Assembly (NCBI GenBank): GCA_964416985.1
Contig: CAYQFS010000001.1
Span: 153,365 to 217,364 of the forward strand
Origin: an uncultured Candidatus Saccharibacteria bacterium
GTDB taxonomy: Bacteria; Patescibacteriota; Minisyncoccia; Phycocordibacterales; PALSA-1337
Direction: 5' to 3'
Length of the DNA stretch: 64,000 bases
The notes beneath the pieces were generated by a model that made no database searches, was not told the DNA's origin, and saw nothing but the letters and a program-made list of their open reading frames with translations. Below are positions 49,403-58,990 of the stretch, in pieces. The position numbers and the translations under genes are program-made. Each line of letters begins with the position of its first letter. Positions within the stretch are counted from its first letter, which is position 1.

Positions 49403-50479
49403 CTATGATTCGAGCGAAAGGTTCCCTCGGGCTTTGATGCCTGAGGGGCCTTTTGTTTTGGAGGCAGGGTTTGTAGCAGTAAGAGCACCAGCCAGAGCGA
49501 TCATGAGAGCATTGTCACCAGAAAGGCCAGAAACAGGAAGGTAGAGAGGAATGGTAAAGTGGGAAGCGAGCTTTTCAAACGCTTCGCGAATATGCTTGTT
49601 TGCAATGACACCTCCTCCGATGACGAGCGTCCCATATTCTGCAGCTTCGAGAGCTTCTTTTGTTTTTGAAATAATGACTTCAGTCACAGCGTCTTCGAAC
49701 TCTCGTGAGATTTCTTTTTTAATTTCGTCGGTAATTACGGGAGTGTTTTGGAGAAGATAGAGCACAGCAGTTTTTAACCCTGCAAAGGAAAAATTGAGAT
49801 CTTTCGAATGGATCATGGGCCTTGGGAGGGTAATAGTTTTGGGAAGGTTTTCATTTCGGGTCTGTTCTGCAAGGACCGAAATTTGAGGTCCTCCAGGATA
49901 TGAAAAACCAAGCATTCTAGCTACCTTGTCAAAGGCCTCTCCGACAGCGTCATCCCGTGTCCTTCCAATGACTTTATACGCTCCCAGGGCCTGTATATCG
50001 ACGATTTCGGTGTGTCCACCACTGAGGAGGACCGCAAGGGCTGGCAGGGCAAATGGCTTCAATTTTCTGAATTCCAGGTGAGGTTTTGAGTCAGAAAGAA
50101 GGGTTGAGACAATATGTCCTTCCATGTGATTTATGGGAAAAAGGGGAATGCCATGAAGTTTTTTTAATTCTTCCGCAAACGCAATTCCTGTCCACAGGGC
50201 TGGCTCGAGTCCAGGTCCTTCAGTGACAGCGATTGCTTCAATTTCTTTTTCAGTAATTCCTGCCTCTTTTTTAATTTGTTCAAAAAGAATCGGTAGGTTT
50301 TTGATGTGTTCTCGTTTTGCAAGAGCAGGGTAGATGCCACCGTATTCTTTGTGAAGTTCGATTTGGGAATGGACAATATTTCCTCTTATTTTGTATTCGA
50401 AATTCTCACCATGCCCTTTTACCTCAAGGATGCACAGCGCCGTTTCGTCACAGCTCGTTTCGATGCCAAGAATGACCAT
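49403..50479 (-). CDS. tsaD: tRNA threonylcarbamoyladenosine transferase TsaD
   Basis: ILGIETSCDET, GPGL, NHMEGH, SGGHT, DDAVGEAFDK, DNALMIA. Confidence 0.96.
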   Translation of the reverse strand: MVILGIETSCDETALCILEVKGHGENFEYKIRGNIVHSQIELHKEYGGIYPALAKREHIKNLPILFEQIKKEAGITEKEIEAIAVTEGPGLEPALWTGIAFAEELKKLHGIPLFPINHMEGHIVSTLLSDSKPHLEFRKLKPFALPALAVLLSGGHTEIVDIQALGAYKVIGRTRDDAVGEAFDKVARMLGFSYPGGPQISVLAEQTRNENLPKTITLPRPMIHSKDLNFSFAGLKTAVLYLLQNTPVITDEIKKEISREFEDAVTEVIISKTKEALEAAEYGTLVIGGGVIANKHIREAFEKLASHFTIPLYLPVSGLSGDNALMIALAGALTATNPASKTKGPSGIKARGNLSLES

Positions 50480-50554
50480 GGTGCGCGATACAGGATTCGA
50501 ACCTGTGACCCTCCCCACGTCAAGGGGATGCTCTACCAACTGAGCTAACCGCGC
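50479..50554 (-). tRNA. tRNA-Val(GAC)
   Basis: GCGCGGT/ATCGCGC-A-CCA, TCCCC-TT GAC GT-GGGGA. Confidence 0.95.
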
Positions 50555-50578
50555 ATGTTTTTTACTATACCAGATTTT

Positions 50579-51211
50579 TTAAAAAAGAACACCAATGAGG
50601 ATAATTGCTCCGAGAGCAGCAATGATTGCCCCAAACCACTTGTTGATACTATGAAGATATTCATGCTTGATCTTGTGGCCAAAGACGTCCGCAATATGAG
50701 TGAGCATGAGCCACCAGATGCATGACCCAATGAACACTCCGATGACGAGACTTGTACCGATGAACTCCCCTCCACCAATTCCGATCTTTGGTCCGATTCC
50801 TGCAAATGCTACGAAGAACGTAATGGCAGAAAGGGGATTTGTTCCAGTAAGGATGACCGCTGAAAAGAAGTGCTCAATGATGGTGATAGCTGTATCTTTT
50901 TTCTGTTCCTTTTCCTTTGGTTTTGAGTAGAAGCCGATGATTCCAAGTACAAGAAGAATTCCTCCACCCACGAGGCGAAGCGTGACTTGTTGGTCCACTA
51001 TGAAATCCGAAATGACGGTGATTCCAAATGCTCCGACTGATGCTAGGAATGCATCGGTAAGTGCCGCTCCGAGTCCTGTAACGAGCCCAATCATGCGGTT
51101 TCTCGCCATTGTCCTTTGGACGCAAATGATTCCTACTGGGCCAATTGGAACTGCTGTTGCAAAACCAATGACCATTCCCCAAAAGAGTGCTATGAATTGA
51201 TGGAAGAGCAT
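50579..51211 (-). CDS. LysE family translocator
   Basis: AVPIGPV, GLGAALTD, TNP, GVFIGSCIWW. Confidence 0.88.
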   Translation of the reverse strand: MLFHQFIALFWGMVIGFATAVPIGPVGIICVQRTMARNRMIGLVTGLGAALTDAFLASVGAFGITVISDFIVDQQVTLRLVGGGILLVLGIIGFYSKPKEKEQKKDTAITIIEHFFSAVILTGTNPLSAITFFVAFAGIGPKIGIGGGEFIGTSLVIGVFIGSCIWWLMLTHIADVFGHKIKHEYLHSINKWFGAIIAALGAIILIGVLF

Positions 51212-51248
51212 GGGTGGAAAATATTGTACCTATTATATCATTTAACTG

Positions 51249-51335
51249 CGGAAAGGGAGGGATTTGAACCCTCGAGGCCATTTCTGGCCTGCCGCTTTTC
51301 GAGAGCGGTGATTTCAACCACTCACCCACCTTTCC
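51249..51335 (-). tRNA. tRNA-Ser(CGA)
   Basis: GGAAAGG/CCTTTCC, CCGCT-CT CGA AA-AGCGG, long variable arm. Confidence 0.94.
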
Positions 51336-51401
51336 GTATTCTTATAACCTATCATTTTTTGCCATTTTTTGAAAATATGGTAGATTAGTTAAGCCGAATA
51401 T

Positions 51402-51473
51402 GGCCCTATCGTCTAACGGCTAGGACAACGGGTTTTCAATCCGTTAACCAGGGTTCGATTCCCTGTAGGGTCA
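51402..51473 (+). tRNA. tRNA-Glu(TTC)
   Basis: GGCCCTA/TAGGGTC, ACGGG-TT TTC AA-TCCGT. Confidence 0.94.
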
Positions 51474-51553
51474 CACCAAATTCAACATCCCGCGCGAGAA
51501 TGCATTTTTGATGTGACCATGACTGAGATACGAACTATCTCACGAGACTAGGT

Positions 51554-51691
51554 TCACTCATCCCACATCTCGTTGTCTCGAATCTCGTCTCTCACATCTT
51601 GCAGAAGATCACATACTGCATCTAATTTTTGCTGAACAAGCCTGAGCTTGTCCACGGGTGAGAGAAGGTCTTCAAAGCGTGACTTTTTCAT
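51554..51691 (-). CDS. Small hypothetical protein (45 aa, below the ORF-track cutoff)
   Basis: MKKSRFEDLLSPVDKLRLVQQKLDAVCDLLQDVRDEIRDNEMWDE; amphipathic; TTGACA at 51891 upstream. Confidence 0.4.
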   Translation of the reverse strand: MKKSRFEDLLSPVDKLRLVQQKLDAVCDLLQDVRDEIRDNEMWDE

Positions 51692-52000
51692 CTTTGGGAT
51701 TGTACTACTCCGCTCATGGGATCCTCACGAACATGCACCTGCGGCTGGTAATTGATGCATGTAAGGGAATGATATGTGAGAGAAGGAGAAGGGAGAAGAA
51801 TGGAACGTTTGCCGGGAGGGGCAAACCAACTACCAATATCTGTACATTCTTGAGGGATTGTGATATAAAACGATCAGAGTTCCTTTGTCAAACACCATGG
51901 TTTGCTCTGGCAGAATGAGCTTTTGCGAGCCTGTTCTGCTGGAGCATAACCTCGTTTGGTTTCTCGCTTAACAGCATTACAATGTTTACAGGAGTTAACC

Positions 52001-52786
52001 ATGATTATACTTAAGCGGTTTCATAAGAAAGTTGAGCAAGCCGAAGACTTTGTTGACGAGGCCGTCAAGTCAAACTGTACATATCCTCGTGAGTTTAGGG
52101 GATTGAGACCTGTGGAGGAGCAAATTCAAATTTTACTCCGTCATTTTCCACACCTCGACCCATCCCATGTGTTTCGATATTGGGGTAAGAAAAAGCGCAA
52201 CTTCAAGTTTCCTCAGTGGGTAGAAGGACCGCTCGTCGTTCCTACCCCAAGCGCGTTTGCGAGATCTTTCTTCCCAGCCCTCAAGAAGGATGTGCATCAG
52301 TATTGTTCCAGTGTGAACGTTGTTCTCCGGCAAATAGTGTTCCACCGTGAATTGTTAAATTTAGAAGAGGCGCATCTGATGCAAAACAAATTGCGCCAAT
52401 GTTTCCAGACGGTCCAGGCACTCAAGCAAATTGCGTCGCAACAACCAGGGGATCTGCAAATTCTAGGTGTTCAGTTGGGGATGCGACATCGAGGCTTATC
52501 GGCTCGTCGCGCTGTTAAAATGTTTCAAAAGAATGAAGTTGGTCTTCCTGTGTTGGCAGGAACTATCTGTGCCCTTACCCATCCGGAGCGCTTCGTTCGT
52601 AGTTCGGAACTTGATCTCAATATGCCAGGGGACGTATTTCCATTCGGGACCTTTCGATTTACTCGCGTACCAAGTTTGTATGTCAGTAAAAGTTATGAAG
52701 GTTCGCTCGTCTTTGGGAAAGAGGGGACATTCGATCAGGTGAATGCAGCTTTTGGTTCAGGATCGTTCTTCGTACCAAGTTCCTAG
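52001..52786 (+). CDS. Hypothetical protein
   Basis: AGGAG SD before ATG 52001; RHRG.S.RRA and LTHPER motifs resemble a CPR-associated family (from recall); terminator at 52821-52853. Confidence 0.7.
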   Translation: MIILKRFHKKVEQAEDFVDEAVKSNCTYPREFRGLRPVEEQIQILLRHFPHLDPSHVFRYWGKKKRNFKFPQWVEGPLVVPTPSAFARSFFPALKKDVHQYCSSVNVVLRQIVFHRELLNLEEAHLMQNKLRQCFQTVQALKQIASQQPGDLQILGVQLGMRHRGLSARRAVKMFQKNEVGLPVLAGTICALTHPERFVRSSELDLNMPGDVFPFGTFRFTRVPSLYVSKSYEGSLVFGKEGTFDQVNAAFGSGSFFVPSS

Positions 52787-53129
52787 CTCTCTATCGAAAT
52801 GACAAATTGGCTCTTCATCACAAAGCCTGTCCCTTTGGGCAGGCTTTTCCTTTTTACAGACACACAAACTTGCCTCTTCCGTTATGCCTCCACCGCTTCT
52901 TCGGAATCTCTTCTGTAGTATTCTTTTTCATAAAACAGGGAAGGGAAGATAGATCGGGCAAACGCTCTTGTGTATTCAGCTTGATTAAAACATTCAGAAT
53001 ACGTTCACAAGTTCGAGGTATGGCTCGCTGTGGGTCACAAAATAATTTAGTATCGCAAAAGTCTAATTTTATAAATAAAAAGGCCGACCACTATTCATGG
53101 CCGGCCTGAGCGGATTTCTCCACCACTGA

Positions 53130-53555
53130 TTAAAGGATGATGTCCGATCCATCCATCTCGGTACGCACCGCAGCATTTTGGATAGCGACGGCATCGTCGA
53201 GCGTAATGTCACCGATCACTTCGCCACAACCACTGCAACAGAGGTTGAACAATGTGACCTGAATCCCGAACTTTTCCCGCAGATGATGTTCGAGTTGCAA
53301 TCGTGCAGCAACGTCCCCGACGACGTCATGGACTTTTTCTGCCAGACCATCATTGTCGTCCGCATGCTCGACATAATAATTCCGATTCACACCGGCCTTT
53401 CGAGTGACAGTCTCATGGAAAGGATTCGTTACCTTGTCACGGAAATTAGCCGTGAGTTGCTCCAGGCGTTCCAAAACACCTGGAAATGTTTCATTAAGGC
53501 CAGCAATAAATCCTTGCGGGTGGCCCCAAACTTTCTTTGCACTGCTACAATTCAT
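53130..53555 (-). CDS. Hypothetical protein
   Basis: GGAG SD before ATG 53555; hairpin downstream near 53076-53107. Confidence 0.55.
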   Translation of the reverse strand: MNCSSAKKVWGHPQGFIAGLNETFPGVLERLEQLTANFRDKVTNPFHETVTRKAGVNRNYYVEHADDNDGLAEKVHDVVGDVAARLQLEHHLREKFGIQVTLFNLCCSGCGEVIGDITLDDAVAIQNAAVRTEMDGSDIIL

Positions 53556-53657
53556 AACAATTTCTCCGTTTATTTTTTGGTGAACTAATGCCAAACCGTA
53601 CAAATACGGTCAGCGTCTAATTTTGCCTCTCGGACAAAACTAGGTGCTAACAATATT

Positions 53658-54329
53658 TTAGTGGCTGTATGCAAGCACCGCCTCAATCGCTCGTGCAGTA
53701 TCTTTTTCAATACCATCGACTTTATTATCAATAACCAGATAAGGTATTTTCGCTAGCTCTAATTCACATCTAATCTGCTCTGCGACACGAGTACTATTTA
53801 CAGTCGCTTCTCTAACGATAACAGCGAGATCAACACCAGAAAGTATTCCTGTAGCTACCGGATCTGTACCAGCCCGTTCATCAATTATGACTATCTCATT
53901 CGGATTGAGTTTGAGAAGAGGAAGATAAACCTTTAAAGGAGCTGCGAGTGAGTGACTACATGATTCCTGAGACCGCACTTTATCCGTATGCGGACCTGCT
54001 GTTATAAGTCTGATTCTACCAACATCAACTGATACACGCTTTGTGTATTCATCTAGAGGATCAATTCCAAAATGAATACTGCGTTCGCGTGCAAATTTCA
54101 AAACATCATCATATTTACTGTTACGTGGTAGACCGACATGCTCTTTGATAAGTTGAGGATCACTGCCGAGAAAAACCGAGGGTTCAACCCCTAGGTTGTA
54201 GGTTAGGTCCATATTATGATCGGCATCAATCGCTAGTACTCTGATTCCTCGTTTGTTAAACTGCATCACAAAAGCCGTTGCCATTGTTGATTTTCCTGAT
54301 CCTCCTTTACCTAAAAATGCGATTCTCAT
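53658..54329 (-). CDS. CooC/AcsF-like MinD-family ATPase
   Basis: MRIAFLGKGGSGKST, IDAD.N, SCSH in place of the CooC CxC motif, IID..AG, NKVD. Confidence 0.75.
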   Translation of the reverse strand: MRIAFLGKGGSGKSTMATAFVMQFNKRGIRVLAIDADHNMDLTYNLGVEPSVFLGSDPQLIKEHVGLPRNSKYDDVLKFARERSIHFGIDPLDEYTKRVSVDVGRIRLITAGPHTDKVRSQESCSHSLAAPLKVYLPLLKLNPNEIVIIDERAGTDPVATGILSGVDLAVIVREATVNSTRVAEQIRCELELAKIPYLVIDNKVDGIEKDTARAIEAVLAYSH

Positions 54330-54332
54330 AGA

Positions 54333-54392
54333 TGCAAGTGATTTACATTTACAAATATAGCCTACTCTGTAAATAATTGCAAATCATTAGCA
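54333..54392. promoter_or_regulatory. Two 7-1-7 Fur-family-like operators
   Basis: TGCAAGT-G-ATTTACA (54333) and TGCAAAT-C-ATTAGCA (54378) in the divergent promoter region. Confidence 0.55.
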
Positions 54393-54411
54393 TTTGGGAT
54401 AATATTACCCC

Positions 54412-54828
54412 ATGACGCACGATATACTGCAAACACTCAAAAAGGCCAGATTGAAGACTACGCCAGCTAGGAAACTGATCCTCGATATTTTTTCTGCAGA
54501 TTGTAAACCTATCAATGCGGAATTTATTTACGACAAACTAAAGACAAAGAACATACATCAGGTCACGATCTACCGAACTTTAGCTTCGTTCGAACGAACG
54601 GGAGTCATTAAAAAAGTTGATCTCCGAAAGGGGTCAGTTCACTATGAACTTACGAGCCACCACCATCATCATGTTGTTTGTACAAATTGTGGCAAAACTG
54701 AAGGCTTTGAAATGTGTGATGTTGAAAAAATCTCTAAGGATGTTTTGAAAAAATCTCTATTGTTCGAAGTGGTCAACCAGCACTCTCTCGAATTGTTTGG
54801 CCTATGCAAATCTTGCTCCAAGAAGTAG
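54412..54828 (+). CDS. Fur-family transcriptional regulator (Zur-like)
   Basis: TIYRTL, HHHHHVVCTNCG, GLCKSC. Confidence 0.93.
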   Translation: MTHDILQTLKKARLKTTPARKLILDIFSADCKPINAEFIYDKLKTKNIHQVTIYRTLASFERTGVIKKVDLRKGSVHYELTSHHHHHVVCTNCGKTEGFEMCDVEKISKDVLKKSLLFEVVNQHSLELFGLCKSCSKK

Positions 54829-54839
54829 AATTGAAACAC

Positions 54840-56009
54840 ATGTATACTACAAAGACCCTGTTATTTTTAATATGTGCAGTTTTTCTATTCCACACGACTC
54901 CTGTTTTTGCCCAAGGTGGTGAACTTGTGATGGACAAGGTTGAAACGGTGAAGGCAAGGGTCCTGGAGATACTTGATCAAGAAGTGAGAAACGTTTTTGG
55001 TACAGATGTTTCAAGTAATTATCAGACTATCAAAGTACAGATTCTTCAGGGGCCTAAAAAAGATACAATCGTCACTGTTACGAATGATTATCTGAATCTC
55101 AAGAAAGGAGAGGTATTTTATTTGATACATACAACAAACAGTCTTGATGGTCGAGATGCCTATTCTGTGTCTGAACCTTATAGATTGCCAGTTGTCCTAT
55201 TCTTTGTTGCTTTATTTATACTTCTGGTTTTTTTGTTTGGAGGTTTGCAGGGAATGAGAGGCTTGCTCAGCCTTGCTGGTAGCTTGATACTCATTCTGTA
55301 TGTTCTTATCCCTGGCGTTTTATATGGATATTCGCCAGTATTTGTCAGCCTTGGAGTTGCGTCGCTTATTATTATCCTGGGGTCGTATATAACGCACGGA
55401 TTTAATAAAACAACGACATCGGCTGTAATTGGGATGATTGTGACTATTTTAGTAACAGGAGTTCTGGCTTATGTTGCAGTTCACTGGTCACAATTGAGCG
55501 GCTTTAGCGACGAGACAGCCGTATACCTCAATTTAAACACCCGAGGCTCAATAGATTTTGTTGGCCTACTTCTTGGGGGTATGCTCATAGGTCTTCTTGG
55601 GGTTTTGTATGATGTTGCGATTGGTCAGGCAATTTCTGTAGAGGAGCTTCATAATATTGCACCTCATATCTCACGAGGCACTATTTACAAACGAGCAATA
55701 CGTATCGGCCGAGAACATATTGGAGCCTTAGTGAATACTCTAGCTATCGCATATGTAGGTGTTTCTTTGCCGCTCCTGCTTTTGTATTCGCAATCAAGCA
55801 CTGAATCTATTGGCTTAACCCTCAACAGGGAGTTATTTGCTACAGAGATAATCAGGACCATGATTGGTAGTATTGGTCTTGTGCTAGCTGTCCCGATTAC
55901 TACTTTTATTTCTGTCTGGTTCCTTATGAGGATTAAGAAGAATGGTGTTTCGGCCGAGAAGATAGAAAATGAAAGGGAGGCACTCGAGCATTTTGAGCAT
56001 CATCATTAA
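54840..56009 (+). CDS. YibE/F family membrane protein
   Basis: LGVLYDV, IGREHIGALVNTL.IAY.G, EIIRT..GSIGLVLAVPITT; His-rich C-terminus. Confidence 0.9.
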   Translation: MYTTKTLLFLICAVFLFHTTPVFAQGGELVMDKVETVKARVLEILDQEVRNVFGTDVSSNYQTIKVQILQGPKKDTIVTVTNDYLNLKKGEVFYLIHTTNSLDGRDAYSVSEPYRLPVVLFFVALFILLVFLFGGLQGMRGLLSLAGSLILILYVLIPGVLYGYSPVFVSLGVASLIIILGSYITHGFNKTTTSAVIGMIVTILVTGVLAYVAVHWSQLSGFSDETAVYLNLNTRGSIDFVGLLLGGMLIGLLGVLYDVAIGQAISVEELHNIAPHISRGTIYKRAIRIGREHIGALVNTLAIAYVGVSLPLLLLYSQSSTESIGLTLNRELFATEIIRTMIGSIGLVLAVPITTFISVWFLMRIKKNGVSAEKIENEREALEHFEHHH

Positions 56010-56071
56010 GCTCATTTCCTGAAATAAAGAAATTCTAAATTTTTGGGTCGTAAAAACACCCCTTTTCTTAC

Positions 56072-56671
56072 ATGTTTCTTGATCATCTCTGTGCCATACT
56101 TCTCCGGGTGATTAAAAAGATTTTTTCTGATTCAAAAATTTTTAACAAAATAGGTATTGGGATCCTTCTCGGTTTCGCCCTTTTTCTTTTTATTCCTCAT
56201 AGTCAAAAGAGTTCGGAGGTAAAAGGAAAATATGCCGAGCTCGTTAAAGATGGAGTTTTGTATCATGTTGACCATGCTCTGGACGGAGACACATTTGTTG
56301 CAAATATTTCGGGACACGATGTGACAGTGAGGCTCATTGGAATGGACACTCCGGAAGTCGTGGATCCGCGAAAGCCAGTGCAGTGTTTTGGACCTGAGGC
56401 ATCGGCAAAAGGAAAAGAATTGTTGAATGGAAAGGAAGTGTATATTGAAAAAGAAAAAGCAAAAGGGGATTACGATATCTATGGACGTGTACTTGCCTAT
56501 GCGAGATTTTCGGATGGAATTCTTTATAATCAATTTATGATTGAGGAAGGATTTGCCAAAGAGTATACGTTTAATAAGGAAAAATATAAATATCAGGAAG
56601 AATTCAAAGAGGCTCAGAAAAAAGCGCAAAAAGAAAAGAAGGGGTTGTGGGGAGGTTGCCCCAAAAAGTGA
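56072..56671 (+). CDS. Thermonuclease (SNase) family protein
   Basis: DGDT, VRLIGMDTPE, D.YGR.LAY, GLW; start may be GTG 56108. Confidence 0.92.
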   Translation: MFLDHLCAILLRVIKKIFSDSKIFNKIGIGILLGFALFLFIPHSQKSSEVKGKYAELVKDGVLYHVDHALDGDTFVANISGHDVTVRLIGMDTPEVVDPRKPVQCFGPEASAKGKELLNGKEVYIEKEKAKGDYDIYGRVLAYARFSDGILYNQFMIEEGFAKEYTFNKEKYKYQEEFKEAQKKAQKEKKGLWGGCPKK

Positions 56672-56687
56672 CTAGTCTTTGGTCAGA

Positions 56688-57611
56688 TTACTTCGCCTTG
56701 AGAAAGAGATATATATCCTCGAGAGCTTTGACCGCGTCTCCTGCTGCAATATTGTTTTGGTGATAGAGCCCATCTGTGCAGTCTCCCGCAGCCCAGATTC
56801 CTGTCGTGGATGTCCGCTGGTTACGAGGGTCAACGATAATATGGTTATAACCGTCGAGCTTTACGATATCCTTAACAAAATAGGTCGTAGGAAGAGAACC
56901 AATTTCAACAAAAATTCCAGTCGCAGAAAGTTCGACATTTTTACCAGTTTTTGCATCAGTGTAAACAAAGCCCGTTACAAATTTTTCGCCCTTAACTTCT
57001 TTTGAAATGGCGTTTTGTATGATCTTGAAATGAGGGTTTTGGGAAACAACGTCGACTGTAACCGGATCAGCACGGAACGTTTCACTGCGGTTTATGAGCG
57101 TTACACTTTTACAATACGCCAAAAGTTGGGCAGCAGACTCGAACGCAGCATTTCCACCTCCAACAACGATGACGTCTTGATCTGCAAAAAGGGGACCATC
57201 GCACGAAGCACAGTATGTGAGGCCTTTGTGTTCAAATTTATCAGCACCAGGGACTTCGAGTTTACGACGGAAGCTTCCGGAGGCAACGAGGACAGTTCGG
57301 GCAGTATACGAGCTTTTTGAAGTAGTTATTTTGAACCCACCTTCTATTTTCTCGATGTTGCTGCAAGGCTCTTTTTCGTGAATATCGACGATGTCTTTTG
57401 CGTATGCTTTGAGATGATTCTCGAGACTCTTTGTAAAATCGCTTCCCTTTATTTTGATTGTTCCAATCCAGTTTTCTATTCCTTCAGAAACAGCGCTCTG
57501 GGTTTCCCAGTCTTTTGTAATGAAAATAGTTTTTAGTTCCTTTCGGGCGGCATATACTCCCGCAGCAACACCTGCTGGTCCTCCACCGATAATTGCAAGA
57601 TCGTAGTTCAT
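56688..57611 (-). CDS. Thioredoxin reductase/AhpF-like FAD oxidoreductase
   Basis: IIGGGPAG, YCASCDG, VVGGGNAA, AAGD. Confidence 0.92.
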   Translation of the reverse strand: MNYDLAIIGGGPAGVAAGVYAARKELKTIFITKDWETQSAVSEGIENWIGTIKIKGSDFTKSLENHLKAYAKDIVDIHEKEPCSNIEKIEGGFKITTSKSSYTARTVLVASGSFRRKLEVPGADKFEHKGLTYCASCDGPLFADQDVIVVGGGNAAFESAAQLLAYCKSVTLINRSETFRADPVTVDVVSQNPHFKIIQNAISKEVKGEKFVTGFVYTDAKTGKNVELSATGIFVEIGSLPTTYFVKDIVKLDGYNHIIVDPRNQRTSTTGIWAAGDCTDGLYHQNNIAAGDAVKALEDIYLFLKAK

Positions 57612-57669
57612 GGTTTGGATATTATAGCATATTAGAAAACTCGCATATCTGCTATGCGAGTTTCTTTGA

Positions 57670-58884
57670 TTACTTGAGTTTTGATCGTCGAAGGAATGCC
57701 GGTACCGCTCCCCAATCATCATCGTCGTCTATCTTCGGTGCAGCTTCTTTCTTTTCTTCAATAATAGGCGCCGTCTTCTCTTTTATATCCTTCATTGGAA
57801 GAACAGAGCTCATTGAATTAAAAATTCTTCCTTTTTCTTTCTTGTCTTCACGTTTTTCGTCACGGGCTGGAGCCTCATTCTGCTGTGCAAATGTCTGCTT
57901 CTGGCCTGTTGCAAGAGCGGCTGGAGAGCCTTCAGGGAAACCTGCGGCAATGACTGTTACTTTGACCTCATTTTTCTTGAGTTTGTCGTCACGGACTGTT
58001 CCGAAGATTACTTTTGCTTGAGGGTCGATAGATTCGGTAATGACCTTTGCAGCATCCTGGATTTCGAACATTGTGAGGTCTTCTCCTCCAGCGATTGAGA
58101 AGAGAACTCCCTTTGCTCCGGTTATCGAAACATCGAGAAGTGGGGAATTGATGGCGAGTTTTGCTGCCTCTATCGCACGATTTTCACCAGTTGCTGTTCC
58201 GATTCCCATGAGGGCTGACCCGGCATTTTCCATAACAGTTCGAATGTCAGCAAAGTCGATGTTAATGATTCCGGGAGTCGTAATTAAATCGGAAATTCCC
58301 TCGACTGCCTGGCGAAGAATTTCGTCACAAATTGCAAAAGCATTTTTGACAGTCGTATTTTTATCAATAGTCGAAAGAAGGCGGTCATTTGGGATGACGA
58401 TGATTGCGTCAACCTCTTTTCGAAGTTCCTCAAGAGCTGTTTCTGCAACTTTTGATCTCTGCTGTCCTTCAAAGAAGAATGGCTTTGTAACAACGGCCAC
58501 AGTGAGAGCACCGAGCTCCTTTGAAGTTCGGGCGACAACAGGACTTGCTCCGCTTCCAGTTCCTCCTCCGAGTCCTCCTGCCACAAAGACCATATCAGCG
58601 CCCTTGAGTGCTTCCTGCACGTCCTCTTTTGTTTCCTCGACTGCGCGTCGACCCATTTCAGGATTCATTCCGGTTCCCAAACCTCGAGTCAGATTTTTAC
58701 CAATATGAATGCGCTTTTTTGCGAGAGAGTGATGAAGTTCCTGCGAGTCAGTATTTATTGTAATAAAATCAACACCTCTGACTTTTGAATTGATCATGTG
58801 GTTGACTGCATTTTTTCCTGAACCTCCGACTCCGACGACTTTAATTCTGGCGAAAGCTTCAATATCTGGCGTGATGTTTGGCAT
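57670..58884 (-). CDS. ftsZ: Cell division protein FtsZ
   Basis: GGGTGSG, NIDFAD, VPAFLRR tail. Confidence 0.98.
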   Translation of the reverse strand: MPNITPDIEAFARIKVVGVGGSGKNAVNHMINSKVRGVDFITINTDSQELHHSLAKKRIHIGKNLTRGLGTGMNPEMGRRAVEETKEDVQEALKGADMVFVAGGLGGGTGSGASPVVARTSKELGALTVAVVTKPFFFEGQQRSKVAETALEELRKEVDAIIVIPNDRLLSTIDKNTTVKNAFAICDEILRQAVEGISDLITTPGIINIDFADIRTVMENAGSALMGIGTATGENRAIEAAKLAINSPLLDVSITGAKGVLFSIAGGEDLTMFEIQDAAKVITESIDPQAKVIFGTVRDDKLKKNEVKVTVIAAGFPEGSPAALATGQKQTFAQQNEAPARDEKREDKKEKGRIFNSMSSVLPMKDIKEKTAPIIEEKKEAAPKIDDDDDWGAVPAFLRRSKLK

Positions 58885-58990
58885 AAATAAGGATTAAAGG
58901 ATGTGGTTACATGATACCACCTGAGAAATGCCCCGCAACTAGACAAAATCAAGAATAAATCTCTTGCTAAGGCCTGATTTTAACCTTTCC

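Noticed and set aside
50480-50539. N-terminal extension of TsaD in the ORF track
   Set aside because: It is the tRNA-Val sequence read in frame
53025-53039. Possible attR copy of the tRNA-Glu 3' end (CTGT-GGGTCACA)
   Set aside because: Only about 12 matching nt with a gap and no integrase; could be chance
58040-58708. 222-aa plus-strand ORF
   Set aside because: Antisense shadow of ftsZ; the same applies to similar ORFs opposite eno, groEL and gpmI
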